From NCBI GenBank assembly GCA_045863295.1, contig BTWA01000023.1, positions 1 to 64,000 of the forward strand: a stretch of DNA of 64,000 nucleotides. The letters are read 5' to 3'. The stretch is from Candidatus Hydrogenedentota bacterium. Lineage in GTDB: Bacteria; Hydrogenedentota; Hydrogenedentia; Hydrogenedentales; SLHB01. Every line of letters starts with the position of its first letter. Position 1 is the stretch's first letter. The position numbers were made by a program, and so were the translations under genes. Positions 37,057-46,650 of the stretch are shown piece by piece. Below the pieces are notes generated by a model. That model did not search any database, was not told where the DNA came from, and saw only the letters and a program-made list of their open reading frames with translations.

Positions 37057-38589
37057 CTAACTTTCGTTCTTGATCAAATCCGCCGCCCGCTCGGCAAGCA
37101 CTGTTATCACCGCTTGCGGATGGCCGCGCGGAACTTGCGGTATCACCGACGCGTCGACAATGCGCAGCTTTTCAATTCCATGCACACGCAAATCGCAATC
37201 CACAACCGACGCCGCATCCGTGCCCATTTTGCAGGTGCCCACGGGATGAAAGAGGGTCTCAGCGACGCCCCGGGCGTATCCGTCGGGATCGGTGATGGGA
37301 TCCGGTGCTCCGTTCCATTCGATGAAGCCGCCGGCAAATTGGGCGAGGGGAGGGGATTGCGCGAGCCTCAAGGCCATTTCTATTCCGGTACGCATTGCGC
37401 TGAGATCGGCGGCTTCGGTAAAGAAGCGGAGATCGATTTCGGGCGCGTCGTGCGGATCGTTGGTTGCGAGTTGTACGGTGCCCACGCTTTGTGGTGTCAG
37501 GTGGATCACGCCGATACTGAATCCGTGGTCCGTGCTGGTTTGCGAGGTGTCGAAGATTGCGGGGCAAAAGATAAGTTCGATATCGGAAGTGGGCATTTCC
37601 ATGGTCGATTTGATGAAGGCGTAGACCTCCGCGAGGTTCGAGGTCATGGGCCCTCGGTGGAGTACGAGGAATTGGAGCAAGTTCGCGAGGGTCTCCGCCG
37701 ATGCCATGGAAATGGGTTGCAGGGTGCGGTAGCGTAGCCCCACGACGGCATGGTCTTGATAGTTTCTGCCGACGCCTTCGAGCGCATGAACTATAGGGAT
37801 GCCTTTGGATTTCAGGTGTTCGGCGGGCCCTATCCCCGACAGCATCAACAATTGGGGAGTATTGAATGCCCCGCCGCAAAGGATGACTTCGCGGGTTGCG
37901 CGGATTTCTTCCCGATTGGTGCCGCGCAGGACTGTTACGCCGGTCGCGATGCCGCGTTCCACGTGTATGTGTGTGACCAGCGCGTCGCATTCGACGGTCA
38001 GATTCGGGCGGTGCAGGACGGGTTGAATGTAGGCGCGGGCGGCGCTACAGCGGCTCGCGCGTTTGTGCATAACCGGTACGGCCGCCACGCCGGCCATGTC
38101 CTCGGCTTCAATGCTGTCGCGCAGTTCGATGGCACAATGCGAACAGGCTTCGATAAACGCCTTCGAAAGCGGATGCAGGTAGGCACGGCGTTCGACCGAG
38201 AGTCCGTTGGGCCCTGTTGCGCGTTCGAAATAGGGTTTAAGCCGCGCATACGACCAATCGCTGTTGGGCCCCGCCCAAGCGTCGTAATCTTCGCGGGCAC
38301 ACCATTGAAACATCTGCGCGTTCATGGCGCTCGATCCGCCCAGCATTCGCCCTCGCGGCAGGTACACCTGCCGGCCGGCCAGCGACTCCTGCGGCACGGA
38401 CATATAATTCCAGTCCCGATCCGTGCGGAAGAGTTTTGGAAACGCCGCCGGAATCCGCACGTGCAGCGAATCCTTCGGTGGCCCGGCTTCGATCAAGATG
38501 ACGCTTCGCGCCGGATCGGCGGAAAGGCGGTTTGCCAGGACGCAGCCGGCGGCGCCGCCTCCGACAATGACATAATCAAAGTGCCTCAT
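37057..38589 (-). CDS. GMC family FAD oxidoreductase (choline dehydrogenase-like)
   Basis: 'DYVIVGGGAAG', 'GRMLGGSSAMN', 'TPQLLMLSGIG', 'HPVGTCKMG'. Confidence 0.93.
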   Translation of the reverse strand: MRHFDYVIVGGGAAGCVLANRLSADPARSVILIEAGPPKDSLHVRIPAAFPKLFRTDRDWNYMSVPQESLAGRQVYLPRGRMLGGSSAMNAQMFQWCAREDYDAWAGPNSDWSYARLKPYFERATGPNGLSVERRAYLHPLSKAFIEACSHCAIELRDSIEAEDMAGVAAVPVMHKRASRCSAARAYIQPVLHRPNLTVECDALVTHIHVERGIATGVTVLRGTNREEIRATREVILCGGAFNTPQLLMLSGIGPAEHLKSKGIPIVHALEGVGRNYQDHAVVGLRYRTLQPISMASAETLANLLQFLVLHRGPMTSNLAEVYAFIKSTMEMPTSDIELIFCPAIFDTSQTSTDHGFSIGVIHLTPQSVGTVQLATNDPHDAPEIDLRFFTEAADLSAMRTGIEMALRLAQSPPLAQFAGGFIEWNGAPDPITDPDGYARGVAETLFHPVGTCKMGTDAASVVDCDLRVHGIEKLRIVDASVIPQVPRGHPQAVITVLAERAADLIKNES

Positions 38590-38794
38590 TAATCCGGCTC
38601 CTCTTGCACGCAGAAAAGCGGCCCCCCGGTCTGCGCGTTGCAGCGTATGAGAATACTTCGGAGTCACAGACCAAGACCAGCGATTTTTCACGGCCTCGAG
38701 ACGCAATTGCGCCGATGCCCATCATGCACTCCACCCGCGACATGTGGCACACTGCCACCCAACACACCTGATACAAAGAGAGGAGGATGCCGCA

Positions 38795-40459
38795 GTGTCC
38801 GATCACAAACCGTTTCGCGTCCCCCGGCGTGGCTTCATGGGAACCGTGGCTGGCGGCGTCATGGCCGCCGCCACATCAAACAGCCTCGCACAGGAGTCCA
38901 TTGGTGTAAGCCGTCCGCGCAAGCCGAATGTCCTGTTTGTCATGACCGATCAGCAACGCGCGGATACCATCGCCGCGCTGGGCAATCCGGACATCTATTC
39001 ACCCAACTTCGACCGACTCGTTGCGCGGGGCGTCTCCTTCTCCAACGGGTACAGCGCGTGCCCCGTGTGCGTGCCGGCGCGCTACAACATCCGCACCGGC
39101 CGCGAAATGCCCACCACCGGCGTCTATCATAACGGCGCCCCGAATCTGGTGGAAGGCCAATCCGAAAACATGGAAGAACGATGCGGCCCGTACCTCGCAC
39201 GCACCATGGCGGCCAACGGATATCGCACCTTCGGCGTGGGTAAATTTCACACGATGCCCCGGTTCGAAGATGTTGGCTACCACGTGCACCTCCACAGCGA
39301 AGAGATCTACGGCACGCCGGAAGACCGCGCCAACGACGCGTTCGCACAATACATCGCCCGCGTATGCCCGGCCTACGATTTTCAAGAAGGCCTCATGGGC
39401 GAGCGCACCGAGATGTACTACATGCCGCAGATGAGCGCCATGCCCGCCGAACACACCGTCGAAGCATGGGCAGCGGCGCGCGCCGTCGAACAAATCCGGC
39501 GGCACGACGACGACCGCCCCTACTTCGGATTCGTATCATTCGTCGGACCCCATCCGCCCTTCGCGCCACCCATCCCGTTCAATCGCATGTACGACCCCGA
39601 CCGCATGCCCAACCCCGTGCGCGGCGATCGCAATCTCGATCTCATGGATGAGCAACTCCGCTGGATGAACCACGCCATCTTCGCCGATGACATCAGCGAT
39701 TCGCACGCGCGGGTGTGCCGCGCGCGGTACTACGGCGAGCTAACCTACATCGACCACTGCCTCGGAATGATCCTGGACGCGGTCGATGCGCGCGACGACG
39801 CCGACAACACGCTGATCTGCTTCTACTCCGACCACGGCGATCACCTTGGCGATCATCACGCATGGCAAAAGGAAAGTTACTTCCAGCAGTCCTGCAACGT
39901 GCCGTTCCTGCTGAGTTGGCCAGAGCGGTTGCCCGCGGGAACGCGCCGTGAGGACCTCGTCTCGCTGACCGACCTCTTCGGCATCGCCACCACCGCCGCG
40001 GGCGCACAAGAACTGCGCGACGGCGTGGACGTGATCGGCGCCATCGAAGGCAACGCGCAACCGCGCGAGCACCTCTTCGGATACTACGGCATCCCCGGCA
40101 CCGCAAGGTTCAAAATCATGGTGCGCAGCGGCGATTGGAAATACATCTTCATGGCCAACGGCGGCCAGGAACAGTTGTTCAACCTCGCCGAAGACCCGCA
40201 AGAACACAAACAACGCATCCACGACGCGCCAGACATCGCCGAGCGCCTGCGCACCGCCGCCCGAAAAGCCCTCAATCAACCCAACGCCAACCGCGCCCTC
40301 ACACCAGACGGCGATCTGTTACACCTCCCACAAGAAGACCGCCCCCTACGCCGCATCTACCAATTCGACGCCTCACGCGGCGTACGTGGCTTCCCGGAAA
40401 AACCAGAGCAAGTGGCAGGACTCGACACGCTTTGGTTCGACAAGATCAAAGGCGTGTGA
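38795..40459 (+). CDS. Sulfatase (formylglycine-dependent), Tat-like signal
   Basis: 'TDQQR', 'CVPAR' (CxPxR), 'GKFH', 'SDHG'; AGGAGG RBS before GTG 38795. Confidence 0.93.
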   Translation: MSDHKPFRVPRRGFMGTVAGGVMAAATSNSLAQESIGVSRPRKPNVLFVMTDQQRADTIAALGNPDIYSPNFDRLVARGVSFSNGYSACPVCVPARYNIRTGREMPTTGVYHNGAPNLVEGQSENMEERCGPYLARTMAANGYRTFGVGKFHTMPRFEDVGYHVHLHSEEIYGTPEDRANDAFAQYIARVCPAYDFQEGLMGERTEMYYMPQMSAMPAEHTVEAWAAARAVEQIRRHDDDRPYFGFVSFVGPHPPFAPPIPFNRMYDPDRMPNPVRGDRNLDLMDEQLRWMNHAIFADDISDSHARVCRARYYGELTYIDHCLGMILDAVDARDDADNTLICFYSDHGDHLGDHHAWQKESYFQQSCNVPFLLSWPERLPAGTRREDLVSLTDLFGIATTAAGAQELRDGVDVIGAIEGNAQPREHLFGYYGIPGTARFKIMVRSGDWKYIFMANGGQEQLFNLAEDPQEHKQRIHDAPDIAERLRTAARKALNQPNANRALTPDGDLLHLPQEDRPLRRIYQFDASRGVRGFPEKPEQVAGLDTLWFDKIKGV

Positions 40460-40583
40460 GCGTCCAGTTCTTAAGGGGAGAGTGGGCGCAAGGAACTGCT
40501 AAAAATGGGTTGAGGTTGTAGCAGCTCGACTGCAAGCATTTTGGCCGGAAATTGGGCCCGTTTTGGATCCGCGAGATTACCCC

Positions 40584-43500
40584 CTAAGTGTTTGACTCTT
40601 GATTTGCTGGTGAACGGCATTTCCTGAGATCAACACGAAATGTCCGTGCGTCGAGTGAATCGTCTGGAATTTCGCAATATCGAGTAATCGTAACTTCATT
40701 GGCATCGTCAGCCGATAGATGTTCGACGTTCCACAATTCCCAGCGGTATGACCGCTTTTGGAGATACTCCTTGTACTGCCTGCTTGTAATCTCAACAATG
40801 GTCGCGCGGCCTGTGTGTGTTTTTACCTCTACGCGAAGTTCTTCGCCGTTCCCAAATGCCCGAAGGTCAAAGCCGGGATTCAATTGTGACATCTTTTCCA
40901 CCGAATAGCCAAAGTCGTGCAGTGCTTTTTCGGCAAAACATCGGCCCGCTTCCTCCAACTCGGCTTTTTCCTGTTCCGTAAGCACAGATCCCTCATGTTC
41001 AGTTCGTGCACCTCCTGCGCCGCCGCTACCGAGCGAGGGTTGTGCCTCTTGATGATTCGCTAATTCGTATTGGGACGCGCTGGGATCCTTGAGCCGGAGA
41101 GGCCGCTTCGCAGACGAACTCGGTCCAGTTGACCCACCAGGCCCGCCGTCATTTTGGCCTCGTACAGAGAATTCGTCTTGCGTAGGTTTCGTGCCACCAC
41201 CGAAAAGTGGTTTTCCAACATCATTGCTTGAATTCTTCTCGCTGTTCCCCTGCGCCTGCGAATGCGCTTGGGCGGCGTTACTGACTGAGGCCCCTCCGAC
41301 TGATTCATCGCGTCCATCCTCATGATCTTCATCGAAGACGCGTCCGCCATAATCGCGGAGGCGGCTCTCCACCTCGGCGGCAGCAATGCCTTTACTTACA
41401 AGCTTCTCCATGCGCTGCGCGTCGCTGTTGCAGCGAAGGAGGTTCTCGTAAAAGTCAGCTTCCGACTTGGCGTCAACGAATTTCGCTACGGCTTGTCCCA
41501 ATTCTACTTCGTTCGCATGGTCTGCATGGATGTATATCTTATCTTCGTTTACATGCCAGCGTCGCGGGACCTCGCGCTGCGCGTTCTCCAGAGTCAATTT
41601 CGCGTTCAGCGTCGCCACAACTACACCATTTAATTCCTGTAGGCGAGCCGATAGATTCTCAGTAATCTGCTTGCTCCGCGTTGACCTCCAGGCATATACG
41701 TACCCCAAGGACTCTCTTAATCGCACCTGCAACTCTTCCGGGAGGCTGGACTCCTGAACCTCCATATTAACTTGTTCTTCGACTGACTCAGCGAGAGACA
41801 AGACATCGAAGTACTTCTTAGCAGCAGAACGCGAGTTAGAACTGATATGGAAAAGCCATACGTCATGCGCAAATGCGTTTACTAATGTGTTGTCATCGTC
41901 AAGATATCGCCGTTCCTTTGCAACGTACTTCCATGAGTCTCCCTTGCGGCAAAGTAGTGGACACGATGCGAAAGCACCGGGTAAGAGGTTCTCATCATTG
42001 ACTACCTCTTCGAGGCACGCAGTATACCATTTTACTATTCTGTCACGGACTTGTTCGTCCGATGCAACGCGATCGATCGGGGCCATTTCCGGTATGCGAT
42101 TCGACAGTATGGCTTTCCAATCATCTAGAGTTGTTTCACCGATTCGCTTACGAAGAGGGTGAGGAACGTCATTGCTAAGCCAGTTACGGACAACATTCTC
42201 GTCTTCGCCAAAAACACTAAGATCAATGACGGGAAGAAGATCCCCAATTGATTGCTGAGTTCGCTTGTCAGGAATCCAGTGTGAGGTGAGCGGAATGTGA
42301 TCCCTACGGTCATCACGCCTCGGTATAGGAAGTCTCTCGCAGACATCCCACCACCACTTTGCATTGACTTGCCATTGCCTGTAGTTCTGCTCCCTGCCTT
42401 TAGACCCCTTAGCCTTGATCTCTATATAGTTGCAATAGTACCTTGCCCAGTGCCTTGCTAGCAGACGGATTACCAATGTTGCCTTGCCCAGGTCGAGGCT
42501 AGCCAATGATAGCCTATCCAGATTGGTTACGCAGGCAACCCGGGCAACAAACCGCCCCTCATTGTCTTGCACAGTACTGAGGTAACTCTTCCACTCCCCG
42601 CAGTCCTCGGGTAACTGCCGAATGGCGGTCTCTTGGCGTTCCTCCACAACACGGGGATAGTCAGTGACGCCGAGCCAATTCAAGACTTGACGCTGCTGCT
42701 CCCTTTCATCTCCTAAACCATCGAAAGCGACCCAAGCCATGCCCTCCACTTCAGCGTAAAGTCTCTCTAAGAGTTCGTTTTCCCAGTCACGCCCGAAGTA
42801 AGCCAATCTCGCCTCACACCACATATTTTCTTCCACTAGCTGCGAAAGCGGGACGGGACATCGTTTTAGAGCCTCTGTCGCCTCCAATGTCTCATGCCAG
42901 TCCTGCTCAAGAATGAAACGAAGAAACCGCCCCGGATCGCCACGTTTGTCTTTCCAGTACTGCACGATTGCCTGGCCGACAGCACGCTGTATAACATTGT
43001 CGTCCGGCCCGTCGATGCCCAACTCTTTACAGAGTTTCTTGACAGGATGGTCCAGCTCGGTCAAACTCCGGATTCTGTCTCGGAACCAGTCTTTCACGAA
43101 AACCAGCGGCAGCCAATCGGGTAGACAGTCCACCCCAGCTTTCGGTGTCCATGTCACAATACGACCTGCGAGATCTGCACCTTTCAGCAGCTTACCGTCG
43201 ACAGGCACAACGGGTAACTTTTTAACATCCGCCACGCGCTTCTTATGTTCATCTCCGTAAGGCCTTTCCGCGACCCAGGCACTAAGCCACTCCCAACAAG
43301 TCCAGATCCATTCTGGGTCATCGATGTGCGAGTTGGCATTCTTACCGATGGCTGTCAACAACTCCTGATCGGCGATACTCTTACAGCCCAACTCCCTGAG
43401 CGCCTCTCGTGCTTCTATATTCTCGTCAAAGGTGGAATGCAGCAATTCTCCTCGGGCATCGGTGGCATCGAGCAAGGTCCGCCCCAAGTCGGAGTGCACG

Positions 43501-44732
43501 CTAACCGAGATCAGTCTAGCTTTGTCAATGGACAGGTGCTGGTTGCCGTCGACGTCGGCGAGTCGGAGGTCCGTAATCGCCTTTTCTGCAATGCGTTGCC
43601 AGAGATCTCGGGCGACTGGGTGGGAGTCCCTGCCATCGAACGGAGCTAGAAGCGCCACATGACTACTCGGCGCTTCGGGGCGGTACATAGCGTTCACAAA
43701 CTTGCAAACGTGGGAAGCAAGTCTGTCCGCAACCCATGCATTAAAGGGGCTGCCATCGAAGTGTATGAGGGCGGTTCGGTCACTCTTGACGAAGAATTCG
43801 GCATGAAGGAGCAGGCGTAACGGACCTTTCTGCTCCGTGGGGTAGAAAACGTGTATGGGAAGGTAGTCGGTTGTCGGTACAAAACTACCGTCCTCACGTG
43901 GTGTGGCAATAAGAAAGCTCACGCCACCCGAAGAGATGCCACTGCGCTCATCACCACTCAAATTCTTTAGCAGGTCGCCTGGTGGAATTTCAGCATATCT
44001 ATAGACCTGCCACTCATTCGGAGTAACCCCTCGGGTGTCGCTTATCGACCATACCCCGTTTCCCTCAGTTAGGATAATCTCCAGTTCAGGTGCTTCTATT
44101 CGTCGTACGTTTCGAAAGGCAAAAAGAGAATGAGGGGGCCACTCTTTAAGTAGTTGCCCCGCAGCCCGCATCTTTTCCGCCTGAATGCCACGAAGGACAA
44201 CAACTGTTTTGCAGCTGGAGAACGTCTCGAGATCGGAGTCGAGTTCTAGCGCCTTATCCCACAAGATAGGGAATGGAATCCATTGATAGGGTACATGCTC
44301 ACCATCGAATCCATTCGATTTCAGCCAGTCTTTGGCCTTACATACGTCGAACTCAATACCTTCTCCATTCACAGTGAGCACTTGGGGGTTGCGGGATACG
44401 TCGTAGACCGACTTAAATCCCACGCCTTTACGACCGATCATTCCGGCAGACTTATCCGAATAGTCGGTGCCGCAAATGGCGCTCACAGCTGAAGGGCAAA
44501 GACCTACTCCACTATCCGCCACGTATATGGCGTTGTTATTGAAGTGTATTCGAACTTCCGTGGCCTTGGCGTCATCGCAATTCTGTAGAAGTTCGAACAA
44601 CCATCGTCCTACGTGGTCTTTGGTCGCACGTTCTGCACTCCGCGCATCACGCACAATCTGCCCCGCATCGACCTTATAGACATCGAGGCGTTTCTCTCGG
44701 AAATATTCTATTGCGTCCCATATAGCACCCAT
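40584..44732 (-). CDS. Sacsin-like N-terminal GHKL ATPase + C-terminal DUF3883 (PD-(D/E)xK) nuclease-like protein, lower GC
   Basis: 'ELLQNCDDA', 'DSGVG', 'GRKGVGFKSV'; C-terminal 'NPGFDL...VEVK...ITSRQY'. Confidence 0.85.
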   Translation of the reverse strand: MGAIWDAIEYFREKRLDVYKVDAGQIVRDARSAERATKDHVGRWLFELLQNCDDAKATEVRIHFNNNAIYVADSGVGLCPSAVSAICGTDYSDKSAGMIGRKGVGFKSVYDVSRNPQVLTVNGEGIEFDVCKAKDWLKSNGFDGEHVPYQWIPFPILWDKALELDSDLETFSSCKTVVVLRGIQAEKMRAAGQLLKEWPPHSLFAFRNVRRIEAPELEIILTEGNGVWSISDTRGVTPNEWQVYRYAEIPPGDLLKNLSGDERSGISSGGVSFLIATPREDGSFVPTTDYLPIHVFYPTEQKGPLRLLLHAEFFVKSDRTALIHFDGSPFNAWVADRLASHVCKFVNAMYRPEAPSSHVALLAPFDGRDSHPVARDLWQRIAEKAITDLRLADVDGNQHLSIDKARLISVSVHSDLGRTLLDATDARGELLHSTFDENIEAREALRELGCKSIADQELLTAIGKNANSHIDDPEWIWTCWEWLSAWVAERPYGDEHKKRVADVKKLPVVPVDGKLLKGADLAGRIVTWTPKAGVDCLPDWLPLVFVKDWFRDRIRSLTELDHPVKKLCKELGIDGPDDNVIQRAVGQAIVQYWKDKRGDPGRFLRFILEQDWHETLEATEALKRCPVPLSQLVEENMWCEARLAYFGRDWENELLERLYAEVEGMAWVAFDGLGDEREQQRQVLNWLGVTDYPRVVEERQETAIRQLPEDCGEWKSYLSTVQDNEGRFVARVACVTNLDRLSLASLDLGKATLVIRLLARHWARYYCNYIEIKAKGSKGREQNYRQWQVNAKWWWDVCERLPIPRRDDRRDHIPLTSHWIPDKRTQQSIGDLLPVIDLSVFGEDENVVRNWLSNDVPHPLRKRIGETTLDDWKAILSNRIPEMAPIDRVASDEQVRDRIVKWYTACLEEVVNDENLLPGAFASCPLLCRKGDSWKYVAKERRYLDDDNTLVNAFAHDVWLFHISSNSRSAAKKYFDVLSLAESVEEQVNMEVQESSLPEELQVRLRESLGYVYAWRSTRSKQITENLSARLQELNGVVVATLNAKLTLENAQREVPRRWHVNEDKIYIHADHANEVELGQAVAKFVDAKSEADFYENLLRCNSDAQRMEKLVSKGIAAAEVESRLRDYGGRVFDEDHEDGRDESVGGASVSNAAQAHSQAQGNSEKNSSNDVGKPLFGGGTKPTQDEFSVRGQNDGGPGGSTGPSSSAKRPLRLKDPSASQYELANHQEAQPSLGSGGAGGARTEHEGSVLTEQEKAELEEAGRCFAEKALHDFGYSVEKMSQLNPGFDLRAFGNGEELRVEVKTHTGRATIVEITSRQYKEYLQKRSYRWELWNVEHLSADDANEVTITRYCEIPDDSLDARTFRVDLRKCRSPANQESNT

Positions 44733-44929
44733 AATTAATCTCGTGCCCTCTTTGTCGCATCAACAGCGAAGCCACCACCCAGAATCAGCATCACATTATA
44801 AGTTCTCACCAACACTTGTGCATACTTCACCTGTCTCCTGGAAGTGAGACGCATCAAGGCAGATTATTTCTAAATAGATTCGTTACTTAAGCTGATGTGA
44901 GTATCTTAGCAAGAACATCTATTTCCGAT

Positions 44930-45060
44930 TCATCCTACCGCAAACGCGTGCCCTGAAGCGGATTTAAGTTAACGCTCGAAGTCCACCGCTTTGTCCTTGC
45001 ATTGTCTCAAGTCTTGAGTCACGGTGAGGCAGAATTTGGACATGACGCAATTCCCCTTTT
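44930..45060 (-). pseudogene. Decayed GIY-YIG nuclease gene fragment
   Basis: Minus strand 44998-44930 translates as KDKAVDFER*LKSASGHAFAVG*, against KEKAVAFERYFKSGSGHAFANK in the intact gene at 46074-46316. Confidence 0.8.
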
Positions 45061-45068
45061 ATTTTCGC

Positions 45069-45113
45069 CTCATTCTTCGCTCCCTTCTTCAACAAGGCTA
45101 TTAAGGGCGGGAA
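45069..45113. repeat. Degenerate nested 30-bp palindromic element
   Basis: ...TTCTTCGCT[CCCTTCTTCAACAAGGCTATTAAGGGCGGG]AA has the same junctions as the copies at 46407 and 46563. Confidence 0.8.
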
Positions 45114-45231
45114 CCAATTGGCCGATAATGAAGTAGGATACCGCCAGACATCCGGCGGGGTCCGGCCACCATGGTCATGCCAGTCGCCGATGGGAGAATG
45201 ACCCCGGATACCTGGTAACGAAAGGCGCCCC

Positions 45232-46005
45232 ATGCATCTTGAGCCCATTGGAACATTCCACTGCGAGGCGCAGTACCCTTACGACGCCGCGCGGCAGCCG
45301 GCTATGGCAGAGCCAACGGGTGGGCATATCGTGTTGGAAAAAGGCCACAACTACGAGCAAGCGTTGCAGGATATCGAGCGCTTCTCGCATATCTGGCTAC
45401 TTTACGTCTTTCACCACAACCCGCATTGGAAGCCCATGGTCCGGCCACCACGCGCGTCCAGCAAGGTGGGCGTCTTCGCCAGCTGCGCGCCCTACCGTCC
45501 CAACCCCCTTGGCCTCTCCTGCGTGGAACTGATCGCAGTCCAAGGCCTGATCTTAACTGTTGGTCCGCACGACCTCCTCGACGGTACGCCCATCCTTGAC
45601 ATAAAGCCCTACCTTCCCTATGCCGACAGTGTTCCCGAAGCGACGTGCGGCTGGGTCGAGGAGGTGGCAGAGGACGCGTGGGAAGTGTGTTTTGCCTTGG
45701 AAGCCGAGCGGCAACTCGCTTGGCTGGAACGAGCAGGGGTTCAGGCAATCCGCGCGTTCCTGCGTCAGCAACTCAGCGAACTCCCCTTCGACCAACAGCG
45801 CAAACGCATCCGGCCGCTAGCCGGCGCACAGTGGGAAATCGCGTACCGCACATGGCGGATCGAGTACGGCGTAGACGAAGCGGCGAGGAAGGTGGTGGTA
45901 CAGCAGGTTCGCTCCGCATACACCGAAGAGGACTTGCTGAGCGTGGAAGATAGATACCAGGACAAGGCGGCGCACCGGGCGTTTCGCAACGCATTTCGCA
46001 CGTGA
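45232..46005 (+). CDS. trmO: tRNA (t6A37-N6)-methyltransferase TrmO/TsaA
   Basis: 'FSHIWLLYVFH', 'VRPPR', 'GVFA...PYRPNPLGLS', 'DLLDGTPILDIKPY'. Confidence 0.92.
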   Translation: MHLEPIGTFHCEAQYPYDAARQPAMAEPTGGHIVLEKGHNYEQALQDIERFSHIWLLYVFHHNPHWKPMVRPPRASSKVGVFASCAPYRPNPLGLSCVELIAVQGLILTVGPHDLLDGTPILDIKPYLPYADSVPEATCGWVEEVAEDAWEVCFALEAERQLAWLERAGVQAIRAFLRQQLSELPFDQQRKRIRPLAGAQWEIAYRTWRIEYGVDEAARKVVVQQVRSAYTEEDLLSVEDRYQDKAAHRAFRNAFRT

Positions 46006-46006
46006 A

Positions 46007-46062
46007 CCCTTCTTCGCCGAGGCTTCGAAGGGCATGCCCTTCATAGCCTTGGCGAAGAAGGG
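46007..46062. repeat. Inverted doublet of the palindromic element (REPIN/BIME-like)
   Basis: CCCTTCTTCGCCGAGGCTTCGAAGGGC (46007-46033) and an inverted copy at 46036-46062 (rc CCCTTCTTCGCCAAGGCTATGAAGGGC). Confidence 0.9.
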
Positions 46063-46073
46063 CGTGCCTTTGC

Positions 46074-46316
46074 CTACCAAAGCCGCTTGTTCGCGAATGC
46101 ATGCCCCGAACCGGATTTGAAGTAGCGCTCGAAGGCTACCGCCTTCTCCTTATCCGAAATGGCAACGTAAGTAATCAACTGCCATGGGATGTACTTTGAA
46201 GTGTGAGACGAGCGGCCAGCGTTATGGTCGATAATGCGTTGCTCAAGATTGTCCGTAACCCCGGCATATCGCTGCTTGGGATTGGATTCGCTGACGATGA
46301 GGTAGACGTAGGTCAT
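46074..46316 (-). CDS. Stand-alone GIY-YIG nuclease (80 aa)
   Basis: 'YVY...YAG.T..L..R...HN.G...T', 'A..FE...K'; the catalytic Tyr/Arg/Glu pattern appears intact. Confidence 0.92.
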   Translation of the reverse strand: MTYVYLIVSESNPKQRYAGVTDNLEQRIIDHNAGRSSHTSKYIPWQLITYVAISDKEKAVAFERYFKSGSGHAFANKRLW

Positions 46317-46340
46317 GTATGATGTGGCCCCCCGATCATA

Positions 46341-46650
46341 CCCTACGTCGCCAAGGCTACATAGGGCATGAAGCTCGTTCACACAATAGACCGGCTCTTC
46401 TGCGCTCCCTTCTTCGCTGAAGCTACGAAGGGCGGGAATGCTATGAAGAGCACCACCATTCGGCTTACTCGCTACGCTCGAGCAAATCTAGCCTTCATCC
46501 TGCAAGAATTACCGGTTTGCCATCCGAAGCTCGTTCATACCAGCGACTGGCCCTTCTTCGCTCCCTTCTTCGCTTAAGCTACGAAGGGTGGGAAAGCTAC
46601 GAAGGGCACCATCCTTCGCTTAACTCGCTACGCTCGAGCGAAGGATGGTG
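46341..46650. repeat. Palindromic-element cluster: one single unit, then two 114-bp direct repeats each holding a nested pair, ending in a 14-bp hairpin
   Basis: Unit at 46341-46367; direct repeats 46370-46483 and 46526-46639; inner units 46407-46436 and 46563-46592; hairpin arms 46607-46620 and 46637-46650. Confidence 0.9.

Noticed and set aside
44964..45248. 94-aa minus-strand ORF
   Set aside because: Runs through a repeat copy and the GIY-YIG remnant in a different frame and overlaps the trmO start; likely spurious.
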